A stretch of DNA of 61,279 bases, counting the filler. It is 5 parts of 5 records of this genome, joined end to end, with 100 filler letters (N's around TTAATTAATTAA, not from the genome) between each part and the next. Parts side by side here need not be neighbours in the genome. Positions count along the whole stretch, not along the records: positions 52,240 to 61,279 come from SRR31156797_5105; 4 more parts are not named here. The stretch is one strand, 5' to 3'. How positions within the stretch are numbered: the stretch's first letter is position 1; every line of letters begins with the position of its first letter. The translations under genes and the position numbers were made by a program. Below, piece by piece: positions 57,604-61,279 of this stretch. The notes below the pieces were generated by a model that saw nothing but the letters and a program-made list of their open reading frames with translations, did no database searches and had not been told where the DNA came from.

Positions 57604-58536
57604 TTGTATTACACCAAAAACAGATGGACCGATAAGTCCGGTGCTCCGCTCTGGACCTGGCTGGTCGCCGGGTTCCTGGCGGTGGGTTTTATCGGGATTT
57701 CCTGTTTTGGGTTTTCCCGCCCCTATTATCTTCATTTCTTCAATGCAGAACGACTCGAGCGTTTTTCGCGACCGGAGAAAGATAACCCGGTAAAAATAGT
57801 GGCTATCGGAACATCCCTTACCCAATGCGCTCTGTATGGAGACAAAAAAATGGAACGTCTTGCTGAAGAATCCGGCAAGAACATAGCGTTTATCAGGTTT
57901 ACACTCCCCGCAGTTACTATTGATGGTTTTTTTGACATAACCGAAGCTGCAATAAATTCTCCAGCAGACATTATTTTTATTGAATCAGGGATATTCGGTC
58001 TGGATTTAGAATATTACAAATATAATAATCACGACATTCATCGCTCATACTTAAGAATGAAACTAAAAGAAATCATCAATTATATGATTCCCATAAGAAT
58101 AGACGAACAAGACAATCGTCACAATGTCAACTATTTCGACCGAGCTGTTAATATAGAAACCAAACCGTTAACAGAAGATGAGATCAAGAAATACAAGGAA
58201 AAGTCTGTGCGATACAGAGTCCGAAACCTCTCTGAAAGCGCAGATTATAAGCGGCTTTTTAACAAAGCCATCGAAAAGGGAAAGGTTGTGGTTTTTCTGG
58301 ATCTTTCGCGCTCTAAAGAGGCGTGGAATATTCTGCCATCGGCCCTTGAACGTGATTTTGACAAAATAATGGCCGGTTACAAGGAAACCTACGACATTAA
58401 CTTCATCAAGTTCCCATATCGCCTGCCGCGCGGCTATTACCTAGACTTCGCCCACCTAAACGCCAAAGGGCGTAAGTTCTATTCAGAATGGTTCCTGGAT
58501 GAGCTTGCTTCGCTGATGGAGAGAACGGCGCCATGA
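57604..58536 (+). CDS. membrane-anchored SGNH-like protein (DltD/AlgJ-like acyltransferase)
   Basis: N-terminal TM helix, AIGTSL (G-x-S) and DFAHLN (DxxH) motifs. TTG start after GAGG is inferred. Confidence 0.7.
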   Translation: MYYTKNRWTDKSGAPLWTWLVAGFLAVGFIGISCFGFSRPYYLHFFNAERLERFSRPEKDNPVKIVAIGTSLTQCALYGDKKMERLAEESGKNIAFIRFTLPAVTIDGFFDITEAAINSPADIIFIESGIFGLDLEYYKYNNHDIHRSYLRMKLKEIINYMIPIRIDEQDNRHNVNYFDRAVNIETKPLTEDEIKKYKEKSVRYRVRNLSESADYKRLFNKAIEKGKVVVFLDLSRSKEAWNILPSALERDFDKIMAGYKETYDINFIKFPYRLPRGYYLDFAHLNAKGRKFYSEWFLDELASLMERTAP

Positions 58537-59648
58537 TGACTTATTTCTCTTTGGAGATGTGCGTCGCTCTGATCATTTTCGTTCTTGGCGCCTGGCTGCC
58601 GCCGAAAAAGCAGCAGCCGTTGGTCATGGCACTGATCACCGCCGCCTTCATGGCCATTTACGCCCCCCTGTCGCTGGGCCTGCTCGCCGCGACGACCTTG
58701 CTGGTCTATTACCTGACCGGTCGCAGGCAGCCGGGGACTCCGGCCGTCATCGCAGCCATTACGCTCATCGGTCTACTGCTGGTTGTTTACAAACTCCGCG
58801 CCACCTTTTCAGACGGTGCTTTGCTGATTCCTCTTGGCTTGTCCTACTACGCCTTCAGACAGATCCATTACATCTTCGAAGCCTACAAGAACCGGATCGG
58901 CAAGAGTTCGCTGTTTCAGCTTGTCTGCTATCTGTTTTTCCTACCCACCCTGATCGTCGGTCCGATCCACCGCTATCACGCCTTCGCCAGGGACCAGCGC
59001 CGAAGACGCTGGGATACGGCCAAGTTTACCTACGGGCTGGAGCGGATTCTGTCCGGCTATCTGAAGGTGACGATTCTGGCCAACTACATGGTGAACCGCC
59101 TGTTGGCCAACGCTGTCAAGGCGTACGACGGGAATGGCCTCATGCAGCTCTACCTCGATTCGGTCCTCTCCTGGGCCGACCTCTACCTGCAATTCAGCGG
59201 CTATTCGGATATCGCCATCGGCGTTGCCGCACTGGCCGGTTTTGAAATCATGGAGAACTTCAAGTTCCCCTTCCTGGCCGAAAACATCAAAGATTTCTGG
59301 GGACGCTGGCATATCTCTCTGACCAGTTGGTGCCGCGAATACGTCTTCCATCCGATGCTCTCCTTCAGCCGTCGGCCCTTTTTGTCGGTCGCGCTGACCA
59401 TGCTCATCCTGGGGCTCTGGCATGAGGTCTCGACGCGCTACATCCTCTGGGGCATCTATCACGCCGTCGGCATCTCGGTCTGGCACCAGTTCCAGAAGCT
59501 GAAACCGGCGCAGGGGAAAACCGAGTCACTCTACCTCAAACTGCCTGGCCGCGCACTCGCAACTCTGATTACCCTGAATTTCGTGATTCTGAGCTATCCT
59601 GTGACAAGCTATGTGCACGATCTGTTGTGGGGGAGAATAAGCCGATGA
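58533..59648 (+). CDS. MBOAT family acyltransferase (DltB/AlgI-like)
   Basis: PLGLSYYAF, FFLPTL.VGPI, FSGYSDIAIG, ENF..PF, FWGRWHISL, GLWH. Confidence 0.95.
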   Translation: MMTYFSLEMCVALIIFVLGAWLPPKKQQPLVMALITAAFMAIYAPLSLGLLAATTLLVYYLTGRRQPGTPAVIAAITLIGLLLVVYKLRATFSDGALLIPLGLSYYAFRQIHYIFEAYKNRIGKSSLFQLVCYLFFLPTLIVGPIHRYHAFARDQRRRRWDTAKFTYGLERILSGYLKVTILANYMVNRLLANAVKAYDGNGLMQLYLDSVLSWADLYLQFSGYSDIAIGVAALAGFEIMENFKFPFLAENIKDFWGRWHISLTSWCREYVFHPMLSFSRRPFLSVALTMLILGLWHEVSTRYILWGIYHAVGISVWHQFQKLKPAQGKTESLYLKLPGRALATLITLNFVILSYPVTSYVHDLLWGRISR

Positions 59649-59788
59649 CGTTCTATGGTCTGTTGAGAAAAGCACTGCCGAAGCAGCTCGCGAATATCTC
59701 CTACGTCCTCTTCTGCGCCTGCGCGTTGATTCTGATCTACATGTTTTGGCCTGCGGCGGTCAGTTTGTTTGTTTATATGAAGTTGTAA
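59645..59788 (+). CDS. 47-aa DltX-like membrane peptide, absent from the ORF track
   Basis: ATGA overlap with the MBOAT stop. MTFYGLLRKALPKQLANISYVLFCACALILIYMFWPAAVSLFVYMKL* has one TM helix and a C-terminal F-x-Y-x-x-L hexapeptide. Confidence 0.8.
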   Translation: MTFYGLLRKALPKQLANISYVLFCACALILIYMFWPAAVSLFVYMKL

Positions 59789-59864
59789 AGACTGACACAA
59801 AAACAGCAATGGCAACCACACAAAGATGGCGCCCCCCCTTTGCAAAAGGGAACGATGGGGAATC

Positions 59865-60803
59865 TTATTCCGTCCCGTAAATCTCCATACACTCTGCGCA
59901 GATGGTCGGTTCGAAATTCCCTTCCGCCATCCCTTTGCGGAACAACTCATACCCTTTGCCGTTCCAGATCTCCATCAGCGACGACTCGGCGGCGTTCCCC
60001 AGCCGATTGACCCCGTTGTAATCACGGCAACAGGGAACCACGTCGCCGTTCCATTGCACCACCAGATACTGCCAGGGGAATGGGCAAGCCATCTTGGGCG
60101 GTAATTTCTCCACCTTACCGAGATCCGTCATCTCTTTCTTGTTCCAGGGAAAGAAGTCCCTGATCTCGATCTCCGCTCCACGCGCCCGCCATTGGCTGAT
60201 GAACTGCTCTTCGCCCTCTTCGTTGCAGTACATGCGGATCATTCGCACCACAACCTGCGAGTGGAGATCGTTCTTCGCCATCGATTTCAACAGTATTTCA
60301 AGGTTCTCTTCGGCCAGACCGTAATCGGCATTTTTTCCCCGGATCATCCGGTAACTCTCCGCATCGTAGCCATCCATGGAAACGATCAGCGTCACCGGCC
60401 CTCTGGTGAGGATCTTTTCGGCCAATTCGGGCGTCAAGTGCGGGGCATTGACCGACAGAACCAGGTTCAGCCCCAGGTCGGCTCCGTAGCCCACCATCTC
60501 GGCGATTTCCGGATGCAGCAGCGATTCGCCGAAATGGAACAGCTCGATCTCTTTCTGGCGAACCGACGCGCTGTAACCGGCGACTTCGTCGATCACCTTG
60601 GTGTAAAGAGCGAAATCCATGTATCCCACCGAACGGGTCATATACTTGCCGCGTGGACACATCATGCAGGAGTAAGGGCAGGCGTTGGTCGGCTCGATCT
60701 GGTGCAGATGCGGTTCGGCAGTGCGCCGCAACTCCAGAAACTGGGCCCAGCCTTGTCTGGTTTGGAGTGCTGACGGAAATCTTCGCTTTTTTTCGGTCAT
60801 CAA
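59865..60803 (-). CDS. radical SAM protein with SPASM/Twitch domain
   Basis: EPTNACPYSCMMCPR, FGESLLHP, and C-terminal CPFPW..W.G.V.PCC.D..CAEC. Confidence 0.92.
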   Translation of the reverse strand: MMTEKKRRFPSALQTRQGWAQFLELRRTAEPHLHQIEPTNACPYSCMMCPRGKYMTRSVGYMDFALYTKVIDEVAGYSASVRQKEIELFHFGESLLHPEIAEMVGYGADLGLNLVLSVNAPHLTPELAEKILTRGPVTLIVSMDGYDAESYRMIRGKNADYGLAEENLEILLKSMAKNDLHSQVVVRMIRMYCNEEGEEQFISQWRARGAEIEIRDFFPWNKKEMTDLGKVEKLPPKMACPFPWQYLVVQWNGDVVPCCRDYNGVNRLGNAAESSLMEIWNGKGYELFRKGMAEGNFEPTICAECMEIYGTE

Positions 60804-60845
60804 AGGGCACCTTGAGACAGTGGGTCAGACCTGCTCTATGATTTT

Positions 60846-61279
60846 TTACGTTCTTGTGCCGGTACTTTTAGGAAATATAAGATCGTGGATCGCCTGACGG
60901 TCCAGTTTGTCGTTAGGGTTTTTCGGCAGAGCGTCTAGAAAGTGAACGCTGGTGGGCAGCATGTAACCGGGCAGCCGCTCTTTCAACCGCGCCATCACTC
61001 GTTTATCGTCCATCTCAATGTCAACACAGAGGGCCGCTCCGATAAAGCTGCTGCCTTTGCGGACAGTGTGAATCGCCGCCGCCTGGCGGACGCCCGGCAG
61101 TTTCCAGAGAGCGTTCTCGATTTCTTCCAGTTCGACCCTGTAACCCCGGTGTTGAACCTGGTTGTCAACACGCCCATGGATATATAGCATGCCGTTTACG
61201 GGGTCCTGATGGACAACGTCGCCGGTATGGTAAACGATATCCGTGTAATGGTCGTGAAGAGGATTCTGTCGAAACAACC
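60846..61279 (-). CDS. amino-acid adenylation domain protein (DltA/NRPS A-domain-like), 5' partial
   Basis: QNPLHD.Y.D.VYHTGD, GRVDNQV..RGYRVELEEIE, LPGYMLP, LPKN.N.KLDR. Confidence 0.88.
   Translation of the reverse strand, partial: LFRQNPLHDHYTDIVYHTGDVVHQDPVNGMLYIHGRVDNQVQHRGYRVELEEIENALWKLPGVRQAAAIHTVRKGSSFIGAALCVDIEMDDKRVMARLKERLPGYMLPTSVHFLDALPKNPNDKLDRQAIHDLIFPKSTGTRT

Overview
This window is not one replicon. It is five contigs joined by 100-bp linkers (44 N + TTAATTAATTAA + 44 N) at 21173-21272, 30973-31072, 41267-41366 and 52140-52239, so gene context must not be read across them. Taxonomic labels below are inference. Contig 1 (1-21172, Desulfobacterota-like) holds the end of an Mrp-type antiporter operon, a cNMP/PAS sensor and an NHLP (nitrile-hydratase-leader) RiPP export operon (TolC, HlyD, C39-ABC, second ABC, solute-binding lipoprotein). 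A mosaic region follows, with two tandem-leader NHLP precursors, a B12-dependent radical SAM enzyme, radical SAM relics, REP-like palindromes at breakpoints and two copies of a 12-codon micro-ORF (MIKALKLHIRRS) that differ only by synonymous changes. One precursor has a G7 tract on its double-glycine codons that hides a 31-residue, 2-Cys core peptide in the shifted frame. Contig 2 holds MarR, a flavoredoxin-like protein, a stand-alone ThrRS-type editing domain, a histidine kinase, a C-type lectin PEP-CTERM protein, proline dehydrogenase, ltaE and a MoxR/vWA pair. Contig 3 (Desulfovibrionaceae-like) is tuf-rpmG-tRNA-Trp-secE-nusG-rplKAJL-rpoBC. Contig 4 (AT-richer, FCB-like) holds ispG, a six-domain LEA_2/WHy lipoprotein, dprA, an inverted-repeat-flanked GxxExxY element, obgE and pta, with many 7-8 bp intergenic repeats. 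Contig 5 holds an attC-flanked integron cassette, a RAYT transposase relic and a Dlt-like acylation operon (two adenylation enzymes, ACP domain, SGNH protein, MBOAT and an unannotated 47-aa DltX-like peptide) facing a radical SAM/SPASM gene and a third adenylation enzyme.
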